Positions 1 through 14,008 of a stretch of 64,000 nucleotides of DNA are shown here, piece by piece. The notes under the pieces are model-generated. The model made no database searches, was not told the DNA's origin, and was given only the letters and a program-made list of their open reading frames with translations. Position numbers and translations under genes: made by a program. The first letter of the stretch is position 1. Every line of letters begins with the position of its first letter. This DNA is from Eledone cirrhosa (lineage: Eukaryota), in NCBI GenBank assembly GCA_964016885.1, contig OZ024742.1:278938001-279002000 (forward strand), read 5' to 3'.

Positions 1-25
1 ATGTGTGTATGTATATGTATGTATA

Positions 26-69
<44 letters not shown>

Positions 70-256
70 ATATATATGTGTGTGTGTGTATGTGTGTGTG
101 TGTGTATATATATCTTTATATATGTGTATGTGTATGTTCGTGTAGGTGTATGTGTGTGTATGACTATATATGTATGTGTGTATGTGTGTATGTTTAAATA
201 TATCTATGTGTGTGTACATGTATGTATGTGTATGTATGTGTGTGTGTGTATATGTG

Positions 257-317
<61 letters not shown>

Positions 318-604
318 GTTTCTCTATTTGTATATGTATATGTGTATAGGTATATACCTTTTTCTTTGTATGTCTGAGTTGTGTGAGAGTGTAGTGGTGT
401 TTGTATGTATATACCGATATATAGATGCGTAAGTATTTGTCTGTATGTATGTATGTATGTCTGTATGTATTTGTGTGTATATATAGGTATGTATGTGTAT
501 ATCTGTATGTATATAAGTATGTAAGTGTATGTATATGTGCGTGTATGTGTGTATATATATGTGTGTCTATATAGTATGTGTGATTATATGTGTATGTATG
601 TGTG

Positions 605-665
<61 letters not shown>

Positions 666-861
666 ATTTATATGTATGTGTGTATATGTATGTATGTGTG
701 TATATGTATATGTTTATATATGTGTGTGTATGTATGTTCTAAGTGTGGATGTGTGTATATGTATGTATGTGTTTGTATATGTGTATGTATATATATATAT
801 ATATGTGTATATGTATATATATATATATATATATATGTGTATATATGTGTATGTATATATA

Positions 862-892
<31 letters not shown>
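1..892. repeat. Compound (AT)n/(GT)n/(ATGT)n microsatellite
   Basis: Directly visible; overlapping ORFs translate only to YIYI/CVCV. Confidence 0.95.
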
Positions 893-1522
893 TTTCTTGA
901 TATATTTCTTTTTTCTTTTTTCTTTTTCTTTTCTTTCCTTTTTAATGTTTATTTATTATTTATTATTTTTTATTTTCTTAGTTTATAGATACATCTATAT
1001 TAAGCAGTCTGCCCAAACCGTTGAATACTGACCTCTCCCCCCCTCCCATCTAATTTCTGTATCTTGATCTAAATGTGTGTGCCAGTGTTTATGTGAGTGA
1101 ATTAATATCCATGTGCTTAGGATTTTATATCCACATATATATATGTGAGTGGGGGTGTGTGTGTGTTTGTATGTTCGTAGTTATGTGTATGTTTATGCAT
1201 ATACGCGCGTGTGTGTGTGATTGTACGGATATGTGTGAGTATGTGAATATGTGTATACACTTATTTCATATTTATGTGTCTATACGCATCTTATCTGTGC
1301 ATTATAAACTTACAGAGGCATTAACCTTGAAATTTTGTATTTGCATCCATCCTTTTGGTATGCGTATACAAGTTGTGCATACATTTTTGTAAAATATGTG
1401 TAAGGGTAGTTACATGTATATACACACACTGAACTGCATTAAACCTTTTGTATTTTCATTGGTCAATTTTGTTCCCAAACGGACCTGAAATTTTGAATTG
1501 TTGTTATTATCAATAAATATAT

Positions 1523-1676
1523 TTCATTATTTCTGAAGACGGCGTATATATGTGTTGGTATGTATATTTAATCTTGATAGTTTGTATAATTTTGTATAAT
1601 TTTGTACATAGATCTGTTGAATATGCATGCCAATTCTAACACATATATATCCTAGAAACGATCGTTAAATAATGAA
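1523..1676 (+). ncRNA. Type I hammerhead ribozyme motif with extended stem II
   Basis: Stem I TTCATTATTT (1523-32) / AAATAATGAA (1667-76); core CTGAAGA 1533-39; stem II TATATATGTGTT...AACACATATATA enclosing a long loop; GAAA at 1655; palindromic stem III ACGATCGT; triplet GUU. Base of stem II is imperfect. Confidence 0.75.
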
Positions 1677-1892
1677 CTTTTTTTGTTTAATATAAGGAAC
1701 TGTTTCATTGTTTATTCATTATTTGTTTAATATTTTATCTTGACTCTGTATACCGTTTATCTTTCACCGAAAGTGATTTTTCATTACATCTCTTCTTTCC
1801 ATGATATCCGGAATACATTGAGTTCTTCATACGGATTGGACACTACCGTAAACTTTTGGTAGATTTATCTACATATATATATATATATATAT

Positions 1893-1941
1893 AAAGGGCT
1901 TTCCTGATGATTTCCTCCGAATGAAACAATTCTAGTCCTTT
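1893..1941 (+). ncRNA. Degenerate minimal hammerhead motif
   Basis: AAAGGGC..CTGATGA (1904-10), TTC-ctcc-GAA, GAAACAATTCT-A, GTCCTTT. Stem III looks like a mutated ACAATTGT palindrome. Directly follows (TA)n. Confidence 0.45.
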
Positions 1942-2060
1942 AGAAGCCATTTCTATGTTAAATATTTATACTCTCCTATGTATCGAGTGCCCTACTTAGT
2001 GTGGTTACCACCGATTGAACTGGGGATAAACACACACACATATATATATATATTTGTATA

Positions 2061-2120
<60 letters not shown>

Positions 2121-2514
2121 AAAGAAACCAAACTGATGTTCGAGACCATTCGAACATACAGTAAGAAGTAGGAAATACAGGACTGTAAAACTTATGATTA
2201 AACTATCAGTGAAGCGACTGTACGGAGGCAATAAGTAGGTATAACACAATGAAGACAGATATTTTATAATTTTACCTTGAATGTTATCATTGATGATGTC
2301 TTTTGTCAGCAGGTGGATAATGTAAAATCGAAATAAAAGACGTTCTATTTGGCTAATTAGATTGATTATTGCTTGTACTTGACATAGAGTTGTTCATTCA
2401 GCGATTACGTGTAAATAGACAGGAATTAATTCCGACTTAATGTGTGTATTTTTGTGTAATATACGCATGTATTTATATACATACATATAAATAAGCACTC
2501 ACACATATATATTC

Positions 2515-2592
<78 letters not shown>

Positions 2593-2628
2593 GTGTGTAT
2601 GTGTGTGTGTGTATGTGTGTGTGTGTCT

Positions 2629-2679
<51 letters not shown>

Positions 2680-3388
2680 CATATATCGCTAGACGACTGT
2701 GAGCATAAAGTAGGGAAACAATAATTATATATATATATATCATAAAAATATACCAAAGGAAGACACAACAAAAAATATGCAAAAAGTATTAGACAGAACA
2801 TTAACAAAAAGATAATGTATTTGCCGCGGTTGATATAGATATACAATATTAACATTATCTATTGTTCATAAAGCTTCCTTTCTAACGGCCCCCAGCTGTC
2901 AGGTCGGACCAATAAATTTCAGTTGAAGAGCCGCAACTTTTTGAATAAGTTTATATCGTCTGCTGCCCAGCGTGTTTGGTGATAATAGCCATAATGATAT
3001 TTTCGAAGGTATATCCACTGGGAAAAAAATCTTTACGACAAGGAAAAAAATTGGAAAGAAAAAACAGAAACAAATAATGATATACAATAACCAGGTAAAA
3101 CAAACAGAGAATGACACTGCTCGGAGTGGAAATTAATTAAAGGTGTCACATAATTTTATCTATCTAACTATAAATCTATATATGAGTCTCTGTTTATATC
3201 TTTATATATATTTGTCTATCGTTCACTTTCTCTATATATGCCGGATGGCTGGAACAGGTAAAAGCAAAAATGTAATATTTATGAATAAATATGTATATAT
3301 GTATATATAAATACATACACACACACGCGCGCACACAAACACACACACACAAACACAAACAAACAGACGCACGCACACAGACACACAA

Positions 3389-3428
<40 letters not shown>

Positions 3429-3890
3429 ATATATATATAGAGAGAGAGAAAGAGGGAGAGAGAGAGAATAAGAAGATGCGAAGTAGTTAAAGTCCTTTAT
3501 TGATAAGGCTGAGGTACTTATTTTAATGACGACAGTGGCCACGTGATTCTCCGTACCCAGTACCATGATCGCCTCAGATAGCTTCTTATATAATAAGGTT
3601 ACGTTCCCGAGGCAATCCAAATTGAAACGACAGGGGAACGGACAAAGATGATGTTTTTGAAGCCTTCGGCTATATATATATATATGTATTTAAATCTGCT
3701 TTCATAGAAATATCAGCCCTCGAAAACATGTAAACATGAAGGTTGACCTCACCAATAAAAAAAAAAAAAATACAAATACATCTACCCCCCCCCCCCCCCG
3801 ACACACACACACATTCAAACACGCGGTTACACTCACGCAGTTAATGAAACAGTACCAAACTTAATACACTAACTACGCCAACAAACCAAA

Positions 3891-4400
3891 ACATTAAAAA
3901 GAGGCGGAATAATGAGCGTTAATTCGGATTGGAGTCAACTCTAAAAATCTATATACTCCATGGAAGTATACCGTACAAAATACGAAACTCTCTCACCCAC
4001 CCCAAAAAATCTATCTGACGAGGCGATTAACAAGAAGCTATTAAGGTATTCATATGCGATATAGAGAGGTTATGTCATGTCTGCAAAGACAAAAAACAAT
4101 GGTCTAATCCAAGCAAAGTGCCTGTTGTGCAAGATGAATCATCTCTTGATGATTCATCTTGCACAACAGGCACTTTGCTTGGATTAGACCGTTGTTTTTT
4201 GTCTTTGCAGACATGACATAACCTCTCTATATCGCATATGAATACCTTAATAGCTTCTTGTTAATCGCCTCGTCAGATAGATTTTTTGGGGTGGGTGAGA
4301 GAGTTTCGTATTTTGTACGGTATACTTCCATGGAGTATATAGATTTTTAGAGTTGACTCCAATCAGAATTAACGCTCATTATTCTGCCTCTTTTTAATGT
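3891..4400. repeat. 253-bp-arm near-perfect inverted repeat with 4-nt spacer
   Basis: 3891-4143 is the reverse complement of 4148-4400 with 3 mismatches counted by eye; spacer TCTT. Confidence 0.95.
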
Positions 4401-5218
4401 CTTGTTAGTGCTTTGATTTTTCCATGAGTGAAACTATAGTCAAGACCAAACTGTCAACGGAAGGAATGGCAGATGATTATGTAAAAACTTTAAATTCATT
4501 CCAGCGATCATGTATACATAGCTTCCGGCAACTGTGGTTGTTCCGGGAGTCGTGAGCGCCATCCTATACATTGCAAATTAATGATTGATTAATTACGAAT
4601 CAAATGTACAAGAGTATTTACTGGTTAGCGTGGAACGATCATAGACTTCTGCATGTGTGTATGTGTATGTCCGTGTTTGTTCAGCTAAAATGTTCGTTAG
4701 AAGAGGAAAGGAAAAAAATCGTCAATCTTGTGCAAGAAAATGTCGGCACGAGATCTCCTTATTCAGAGGTGTGTGGAAAAAGACCATAACCAGGACAATC
4801 TGTTGATCCATTCTCTAAGTGATTTGAATCCTAGTTAAATGCTAATTGATGTGATGTTCTGTGTATCCCTGTGCTTGTTTGTTTGATTTGTTGTTATTAA
4901 TACAATCAATAAAAAACAGATGAACATATTTTCCGTATTATGTCACTGAATTATCCGCCACTTCATAATGAAATATCATTCAGTCATTTTCTCTGCCTCA
5001 TATGAATTATGTCTGAGTTATGTACTGCACCACTGTATTCCCTCTGAAATTGCCGCCATACCTTAGTCTTGAATCCTAGGTAGCACAATACATGTTACGC
5101 GCAATAAATCACCATCTTCATTATCATCACCTTCATCACACGCACACATACACACATACACACATACATACACACACATACACACACCACACACACACAT
5201 ATATATATATATTTATAT

Positions 5219-5410
5219 GAAAATGTAAAACCCCGACGGCAGAGCTCAAGCCGTTTCGACGGCTATTTCAGTCCATAAATAGCCGTCGAAACGGCTTGAC
5301 CTCTGCCGTCGGGGTCTTACATTTTCCTATTACCCACTCTACTACCCTAAGTATTGAGTACTCTGGTGCGTTATGGTCCATCTAGTTCCTTACCACAAGT
5401 CCTTCGTTAT
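5219..5410 (+). mobile_element. ~135-nt short element with 5' fold-back (copy 1)
   Basis: Inverted arm 5219-5269, filler AGTCCAT, forward copy 5277-5410 ending CCTTCGTTAT into (AT)n; homologous to five other loci in the window. Confidence 0.8.
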
Positions 5411-6268
5411 ATATATATATATATATGTGTGTGTATGTGTGTATGTGTGTGTATATGTGTGTGTGTGTATGTGTGTGTGTGGGGGGGGGGGGGTATTTGT
5501 TCGCTTGTCTTGCATCGAATACGCATTGAGCATACTGCCCCCTTCACTACTGGCATATAATTCTCATAAGTAAGCCCTTATCTCTCCTCCTCGATAAGTT
5601 TGTATGCTTGTATGCATAATTTATATATATATATATTCTAGTTTCCCTTTAACAAATCATATGCGACGACCTTTATGGGGTACCGCCATTCATCAGCCTG
5701 TTGATATAAGATCCTTAACATGACGGAAAAGGCTTCTCTACTATAATTGTACTATCGCATCATACCATACATTATTTTGAAAACATAAATAGAACCTGAA
5801 AAATATTAGTTTAAAACTATCAACCGTCAATAAAATTTCATTTCGTTTTGGTTTTCTTGAATTTGTATTTTTTTATTTATTGTTTTCATTCTAAACGGGT
5901 CAATAGCTGATCTTATCTTTCGAATGAAAACATAATCCATTGAATAGCAATGTCAAGACGATTCTGTATTTTTATAAAGGTGGAGAGGTGAACAGGGTGA
6001 AGATGCGACAAACGAAGCTGGATCATTCTTTGAGTGGTTGTTGGCATGTTGTAAAATATATCTAAATGGATCTTATGGAATAACGTTTAGCAGTGCTTAT
6101 GGTAAGATGGTAATATTTGTGGCTTGTAGTTTGTGAATTGTGGTTTGTGGTTTCTTGTCAAAGAAATCTGGTGTGTGGTCTCATTTTGTCATTTTGACAG
6201 GGGAATAATTTTATCAATAGACAGTACGTGTCATGTATTTTTATATGTATGTATACATATGCACGTAT

Positions 6269-6317
<49 letters not shown>

Positions 6318-6319
6318 GT

Positions 6320-6354
<35 letters not shown>

Positions 6355-6394
6355 GGAGAGAGAGATATGTACATATACATATATATGTATACAA

Positions 6395-6452
<58 letters not shown>

Positions 6453-6604
6453 GAATATATATATAGGCGTATAAATATGTATATGTGTGTGTTTATATGT
6501 GTGAGTGTTTGTGTGAGTTTCTGCGTTTGCGGCTATATGTGTACGTATGTGTGTGTGTGTGCGTGCGTATGTGTATAGAGCTATTTGAAAAGGAAAACAG
6601 ACAG

Positions 6605-6793
<189 letters not shown>

Positions 6794-7090
6794 TTTTAAG
6801 AGAGGGATTCAGATGTTTTCATTTGATATCAACGACATCAATCAAACATACAAATATGTTGAGATTATCAGCCGTCAGCAATGGTTTAAGTTATGTAGTA
6901 GAGTAAAAAGACAAAACAAAGCAAAGTAAAACATAACCAAATGGCTGTCTTAATGATGGAGTTACATTTGGCCAATGGCGGAGTAAAATTTGCACATGGA
7001 CATACTTCTTTTCCGCACAACCATGTTTCCTGTCTTCTTCCTTATATTTACTTTATCATCAGTATCTTAATCACTCGCTCACCCACTCAC

Positions 7091-7213
7091 TCTTCTTCTT
7101 CTTCTTCTTCTTCTTCTTCTTCTTCTTCTTCTTCTTCTTCTTCTTCTTCTTCTTCTTCTTCTTCTTCTTCTTCTTCTTCTTCTTCTTCTTCTTCTTCTTC
7201 TTCTTCTTCTTCA
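7091..7213. repeat. (TTC)n microsatellite
   Basis: Directly visible; the poly-Ser and poly-Glu ORFs are artefacts. Confidence 0.95.
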
Positions 7214-8799
7214 CTACCATCTACTACCACCACTACCATCATTATCATTATGTTCATCATCATCATCAACAGCAATGTCATAATTTTATTGGTGTTGTTG
7301 TAGTTATGCTGATTGGTTGTAAATTACGTTAGTAATATCCTCCTGATATCTACGACCACCATCACTTCCTTCACCATCAACTTCATCCTTCACCCCCTTC
7401 TTTTCTTTACACCTCTTCCTCATCGCTGCATCTCCGAATGCCAACAACTGAATAATTACCACAGCATGATAATTACATATCCTCCTCATACTTTCCAAGT
7501 CCAAATCCCTATGCATTCGATTATAGTTCTATTACATTCTATACTTCTATCCATGGTGTTGAATGCCATAATCTATCAATTGCCGTAGAACAGGATACTG
7601 AGTTCAAACTTAGTGACACCTGAGATGGGGTTACCTTCTGAGTGTTGCATGTCCATAAAATAATTTGCCGAATTCTACTAATTTTAGGCTCGATCTCGAT
7701 ATACAAACTACCAATCCCAAAACGTAGATAATTTGGATAGTTAGAACGATCGTCAGAAATGATGCCTCGTATATATTTTTCAGCTCTTTTCATTCTGAGT
7801 TCGAATTGTCCATCTTACTGGGATCCTATCAATAAAAGTTGACTTGCAGCATTTCTTCCAGCTTTTTATATTCTGTGTTCAAATTTTTCATCTTACTTAA
7901 ATCCTGTCTTAAAAAAAAAAAAAAAATTGATATCTGTACTGTCATTTACTTTTCGAATTCAAAATTTCAATCATACTGGAATGTTATCAATAAAAGGGTG
8001 TCATGCCTCAGCTGTTCAAGCTATTTACGTTCTGAAGTCAAAACTTCCAATTTAGTAGTATCTCCTAAATAGTAATGTTATAGCACAGCGCTAACTTCTT
8101 GTCAATTTCTAGAAATAGTGAAATCCTATGAAACTGCAATGGAAAAAGATAAACCACAACGGAGCCGATCGTCAGATCGGACAAAGAAAGTTATCCGTCA
8201 GGAAACTATCCCGACATATATGCAATGAACTCACAGGTCTACAATGATGTCTGTAGTCAAATATGGAGGGTTCATAAGCGCGTTATGAGGAGGGAGATTT
8301 CGACAGGAATTTAAATATGTTGTGATTGAGTAACGATTTTGATACATCAAAAATGGATATGGAACCTGAATATATTTCCAGTATTTTATATATTTTATTG
8401 AATTTTAAGAACATAAATGCCTCATCTCTTTTCCCAGCCTGGCCATTCTGATTTGAAACCCCATCGGTGCTAATTTTTACTGCCCACCAGGAAAAAAAAA
8501 AAAATTCTTGTTATGGTAAAATCAATGAAACATTCTAGAAATGACAATGTATTCTTTTTAAATACGATCAAAAAATTCAATGCGAACTTCCATTATAATC
8601 CTCCTCCTATCTAATTCCTGTTCATGTTCTTCCTTTTCCCTCTTCTTCTTCTCTTCCGTCTCCCCCTCCTCCCACAATTTCGCTGTCAATTTGAAAATGC
8701 AAATGAGGTAGTTCTGGTATCATTCGGCTGAAATCGGTAGGTTAGGTCTTATCCTACCGATTTCAGTAGACACAATGAAACTGACCTACTACCATTTAT

Positions 8800-8922
8800 G
8801 AGACAAAGTGTCGATTCAGCGCTGGACAGGCTATTAAGTGTATGATTTTCTCAGTCCGCTTGCTTACAGGGAAGCGGGTGCAACTGTACCAGATATTTGT
8901 GGATCTTACTAAAGCCTTCGAA
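8800..8922 (+). pseudogene. Decayed RTE/BovB-like reverse transcriptase fragment
   Basis: Translates to ETKCRFSAGQAIKCMIFSVRLL...LYQIFVDLTKAF, resembling the QCGFR..MIFS and FVDLTKAFD RT motifs. Confidence 0.55.
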
Positions 8923-9186
8923 TTGTGCCTCGTACGAAGGGACACAACTCTATCTAGAGTATCAGACACCGTGAGAGTTCAGGTAAGATAGTACTTTCCC
9001 CATTTGGCTTTCGGTATCGTTGTAGATGGCATATGGACAGACCAACGGCATTCATATTTTTTCCTTTTATTAATGTCTGTATCCACTCTGATAAAATGAG
9101 CCTCACTTCGTGGAGTACACCTCTAATAGTTCAGAATATGTTTTGGCGATGCAGCTATATTTTCGACAATATTATTATTAATATTA

Positions 9187-9368
9187 GGGCAGTGGATTGG
9201 CAGTATCGATAGAGCGTCATACACCATGCTTTGCAGCATTATGGTTCTTTAGGTTCGAAGTTCAAATCCTGCCGAGGTAATCTTTGCCTTTCATCCTTAC
9301 AGGGTTGATAAAGAAGGACCAGTAAACCACTGGGATAATTGCTGGCCTTGAGCCAGAAGCAGAAATAA
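9187..9368 (+). mobile_element. tRNA-derived SINE (Nin/Deu-like core)
   Basis: A-box-like TGGCAGTATCG, B-box GTTCAAATCC, core TTTGCCTTTCATCCTTAC.GGG.TGATAAA, (TAA)-type tail; multiple copies in the window. Confidence 0.8.
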
Positions 9369-9796
9369 TAATTATTATATGAATTTGTGTGTATGTATGT
9401 ACACGTGTATTTCTTCAAACAGGCATGCGTACGCACACACACACACACACACACATACACATACACACACACGCACACACACACGCACACAAACATACAC
9501 ACTCACACAAGCACATACATATATACATAAAATTTGATAGTACGATGTTAAAGCTAATTTAAACAAAGAAAATATGTTCACGTAAAAGATAAATCACAAA
9601 TAGTTAAACAGATAAATGAATGCTAAGTCATGGCTCAATCCAATAAAAAAGGTAAGTAATTGAGAGAGATAGAGGGATATATAAAGAGAGAGAAAAAGAG
9701 AGAGAGACAGGAAGAAATACAGATACATAAATAGGTAGATAGATAGATAAATAGAAAGATAGATAGATAGATAGATAGATAAATACATGATTAGAT

Positions 9797-11696
9797 AAAT
9801 TTATTTATTAGCCACAAGGGCACAAAAGAAGGGGACAAATACAAATGGGGAGTTTACATGCAGGTATATGAAAATAAAACTATTAATACAATAACAAATA
9901 ACAATTGAAATCCCCAATAGGGGGGGAGGTTTTACACAGGGGTTGTACACACTCCGAAAAAATGTACAACCCTCATCTCCAGGAGCACCAAGAGTGAGTA
10001 CTCCCTTCCTCTCTTCCTCTTTTTCCTCAACCTACAGGCTTATATAGGGAGAAGGCCCAACCACTCGGGCCATCTTTGACACATTCACCCACCTTTTATA
10101 AAATTTTCTGGGGTACAGCACCTCTCTCTCCATCCTGATTCTTCTTCCAAAATGATATTTGAAAATTTGAAAAAATGAATCAGTTGTTCGCCGGAGAGAA
10201 AGGTGTCTGACCTCAGCCCTTTTAACCTCGTCCACCATATAACATTTTTCACCATAGCCATAACACATAGGAAAACCGCCTCTCCCTCGTTTTTGAAGGA
10301 GGGTGGCCGTTTGACAATGGACTCGCTGGACAAGTGGATTGGTCCCACCCGCGACAATAGTCGTTCTACATAGCCCCACAGGTCGATAACGCCCGGGCAG
10401 TGTACAAATGCTTGTGCGACGGTTACCTCGTCGCGCACGCATCTCGGACAGATCTTTTTCGAAGGGTCCCTACCCGGGCGCCCGTGTCTGTAGAGCTTGT
10501 CTCGTACTGGTAGAGCTCCTCGGTAGCACTGCCAGGCCAGGGACTTTTGGAAGTTGTCCATTGGTCCCGGGCGGAAGGTACTACCGAACAGACTGGCCAG
10601 TTCCTGCTCCTCTACGCCCAGAGTTTCGCCGAGCGTGTCATCGGACTTGCTGCGGACCAACCCTCTATAGAATGTTGAAGTGGAGTCTCCACTGATCGCC
10701 GGGACCGTTTGCCAGAGGACTGTGAGCGCCTGAGCACATTCGATATGCCAGTCGCCCATTTCCCTCGGTCTTTGCTTGACCCAGGTCTGCAGCTCTGTCA
10801 GTGAAGAGTCGTTGGAAGGCTCGCCTCACGAACGGGGCCCACACCGGTTGTCTGCTGAGGAATACGTGGGGGTGCCGCAGCCTGAGCTCGTGTTTGTGCA
10901 TCGTCAGCCACGGCATCCTCAGCTCTCCGTTTTTAGGGTGTTGGCAGCAGATGGATCTTCTCACCAAGGAGCCCTTTCTTCCAAAGGAATTGGAATAGCG
11001 CGCACTCCATTTTGGTGAGCGTTTTGGCTGGACAAGGCACAACGATCAAGCGGTAGTAGATGACGGACGCTATAAAAGTGTTCGCCAACTCCGCTCGACC
11101 TTTCAAGGATAGTTTGCACTCAGCCCACTTCTGGGTGAGCGCAAACACCTTGGCCGTCACCTTGTTCTAGTTCTTCTCCACCTGGAGGGCAGGACTAAAC
11201 CAGACCCCGAGCAGCTTTACCTGTCCTTCCGACTAGCGTCCGACGACGTCATCGGAAGGCATCGGTTTGTCTCTCCACGTTCCGAGTCGCAAACCGACGG
11301 ATTTGTCCCGGTTTAGCTTCGATCCTGTGAACCTTTCGTATTCCTCCAGTAAGTTGCCGATCACCCCGATTGCGAGGTGCTCGACACCATTACCGCTTTT
11401 CGCAGTCCCGCTTCCAAAGGGATGCCCTGCAATAGCTCCAACTTCCGCAGTAGTTGCTCTAGAGACAGTACGTACAGAAGGTAGGAGAGAGGGCATCCCT
11501 CTCGGATGGATCGCGTGATATGGAACGGCTCCGAGAGGTAGCCGTTCACCTTGACCATTGAGCAGTTTTTTGCTGTTGCGCATTGCAGCAATCCAGCCCC
11601 TGAACACGGGCCTCAATCCTGCCGCCTCGAGCACCGCATCCAGTTAACGATGGTCAACCCTATCGAAAGCCTTAGACTGATCCAAGTTGATCAGGG
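9797..11696 (-). mobile_element. 5'-truncated Tx1/L1-clade LINE (degenerate ORF2)
   Basis: LDQSKAFDRV and SIREGCPLS RT motifs, C-terminal CPRC..ETVA.AFVHC zinc motif; YADD segment deleted relative to the 56637 copy; 3' end abuts (GATA)n. Confidence 0.9.
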
Positions 11697-12429
11697 GTAC
11701 AAAAGAACGGGACACATACAAATGGGGGAGTTTACATACAGGTATATAAAAATAAAACTATTAATACAATAACAAAAAACAATTGAAATCCCCAATAGGG
11801 GGGAGGTGTTACAAAGGGGTTGCACACACCCCGAAAAAATGTACAACCCTCATCTCCAGGAGCACCAAGAGTGAGTACTCCCTTCCTCTCTTCCTCTTTT
11901 TCCTCAACCTACAGGCTTATATAAAGAGAAGGCCCAACCACTCGGGCCATCTTTGCCACATTCACCCAACTTTTATAAAATTTGCTGGGGTACAGCACCT
12001 CTCTCTCCATCCTGATTCTTCTTCCAAAATGATATTTGAAAAAACGAATCAGTTGCTCGCCGGAGAGATTGGTGTCTGACCTCACCCCTTTTAACCTCGT
12101 CCACCATATAACCTCTTTCACCATAGCCATAACACATAGGAAAACCGCCTCTCCCTCGTTTTTGAAGGAGGGTGGAGGTTTGATCATGATAATGGACTCG
12201 CTGTTCAACTGGATTGGTCCCACCCGCGACAATAGTCGTTCTACATAGCTCCACGGGTCGATAACGCCCGGGCAGTGTACAAATGCGTGTGCGACGGTTT
12301 CCTCGTCGCACACGCATCTCGGACAGATCTTTTAGGAAGGGTCCCTACCAGGGCGCCCGTGTCTGTAGAGCTTGTCTCGAACTGGTAGAGCTCCTCGGTA
12401 GCACTGCCAGGCCAGTGACTTTTAGAAGT

Positions 12430-12430
<1 letters not shown>
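11697..12430 (-). mobile_element. Second tandem 5'-truncated Tx1-like copy
   Basis: Near-duplicate of ~9820-10555 (ORF 11909-12313); 5' end abuts (GATA)n at 12431-12500. Confidence 0.9.
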
Positions 12431-12501
<71 letters not shown>

Positions 12502-13384
12502 CAGACATGCAGACATCCAGACACAGAAATACAAAGGGAGAGAAAGGGAGAGAGAGAAGCTACTGGTTACTCAATATCCTGCAGGAATAGACTAAGAGGA
12601 AGTGAACCAATAAGAAATATAAATATGATTGAACAGCTGTTAATGATATCTGACATCACGTAACCGGTTGATGCGCTTTGTCCTTCTACAAGGCACTTCA
12701 TTTTATATTTCTCCAATCGACTCAGATATAGCAGGGTTTTATCCTCACAGCAGATGGTCAAATCCTCTAATTTCGGTCGCTTAATATTACATGTAACCAG
12801 GTTAAGCTTTGATCTCATGAGCATCTGAGGTTAGAAGAGACTGTAGCAGTTGCCTCCCTTGTGACTCACAACCCCAATAGATTAACAACATCTAGACGGG
12901 AAGTAGAACCCTTTCTGTAACTTCCGGTCAGAACCCTATAAAACTAACAACTTTAAGTTCTCACTCTCTCATTTGCCCTTCCGGCGCCTGGCCTTCGCCA
13001 GGCGTCTTCTGCCAGCCTGCGTTTGCCTGGCAATCAAAACGGTAACTACTAACTTTGCCTAATTCTTTCGTTTATTCATTGACATGTCAACTATACTGTT
13101 AAATTGTTGATTAAATATTATACACACAAACCATGTCTCCTTGTTACATTCATACACACCGAGTTCTCCGTTATAAGACTAAAAAAAGGGATAATGTAAT
13201 CATTTCTAAGTATACTGAAAATGTTGGTTGGACATAGTTGGAATGCCTTTGATCATAGGTTTATTTTTTAAACCACAACAAAAACAGTGATACGGACAAC
13301 AAAATAACATAACAGTAACTAAAATAACAATTGTAATAATAATAAGAACAACAAAAACAGTTGCAACAGCAACTATAATAATAA

Positions 13385-13557
13385 TTGTTTCTACTTTTGG
13401 CACAAGGCCAGTAATTACCCAGTACATTACTGGTACTTTATTTTATCGTAAGGATGAAAGGCAAAGTTAACCTCGGCGGGATTTGAACTCAGATCGTAAA
13501 GGGACGTAACTATGCTGCAAAGCATGGCGTCCGACTCTCTACCGATACTGCCAATTC
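13385..13557 (-). mobile_element. tRNA-derived SINE
   Basis: Reverse-complement homology to the 47877-48066 copy. Confidence 0.8.
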
Positions 13558-13891
13558 AATGAACTAATGAATAATTCTATCTGAGAATTAGGACATGGAT
13601 ATGTTTGTAGAATACACAACGAACATACATTAATTTAAATGGATCGACCAACTGAATTGTCTTCATCAAAATTGACGGAATATCAAATCGTTGGTAGCTC
13701 TGTTTGGGTTTCAGGGTTTTATTTCCTAATTAATTTTATACTTTACGAAGACTTCGGGTCGACCCCAGCATGTGAATGCAATTGGACTCAAGGAAACTGC
13801 CTAGAATCTCATAGAGTGTGCATGTAATTCAAAGGATATGTGAGAGGCACAACACATATCTGTGGAATATTTAGTCATTTACACGATAATC

Positions 13892-14008
13892 ATTTCTACT
13901 TTTGGCACAAGGCCAGCAATTACCCAGTGCATTACTGGTACTTTATTTATCGACCCCGTAAGGATGAAAGGCAAAGTTAACCTCGGCGGGATTTGAGCTC
14001 AGACCGTA
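13892..14008 (-). mobile_element. 5'-truncated SINE
   Basis: Same family core and tail. Confidence 0.75.

Noticed and set aside
5636-5703. Minus-strand CTGATGA...GAAACTAG hammerhead-like boxes
   Set aside because: No stem I partner and no UH triplet; truncated by (TA)n.
9187-9275. tRNA gene
   Set aside because: A and B boxes belong to a multi-copy SINE head; no cloverleaf is evident.
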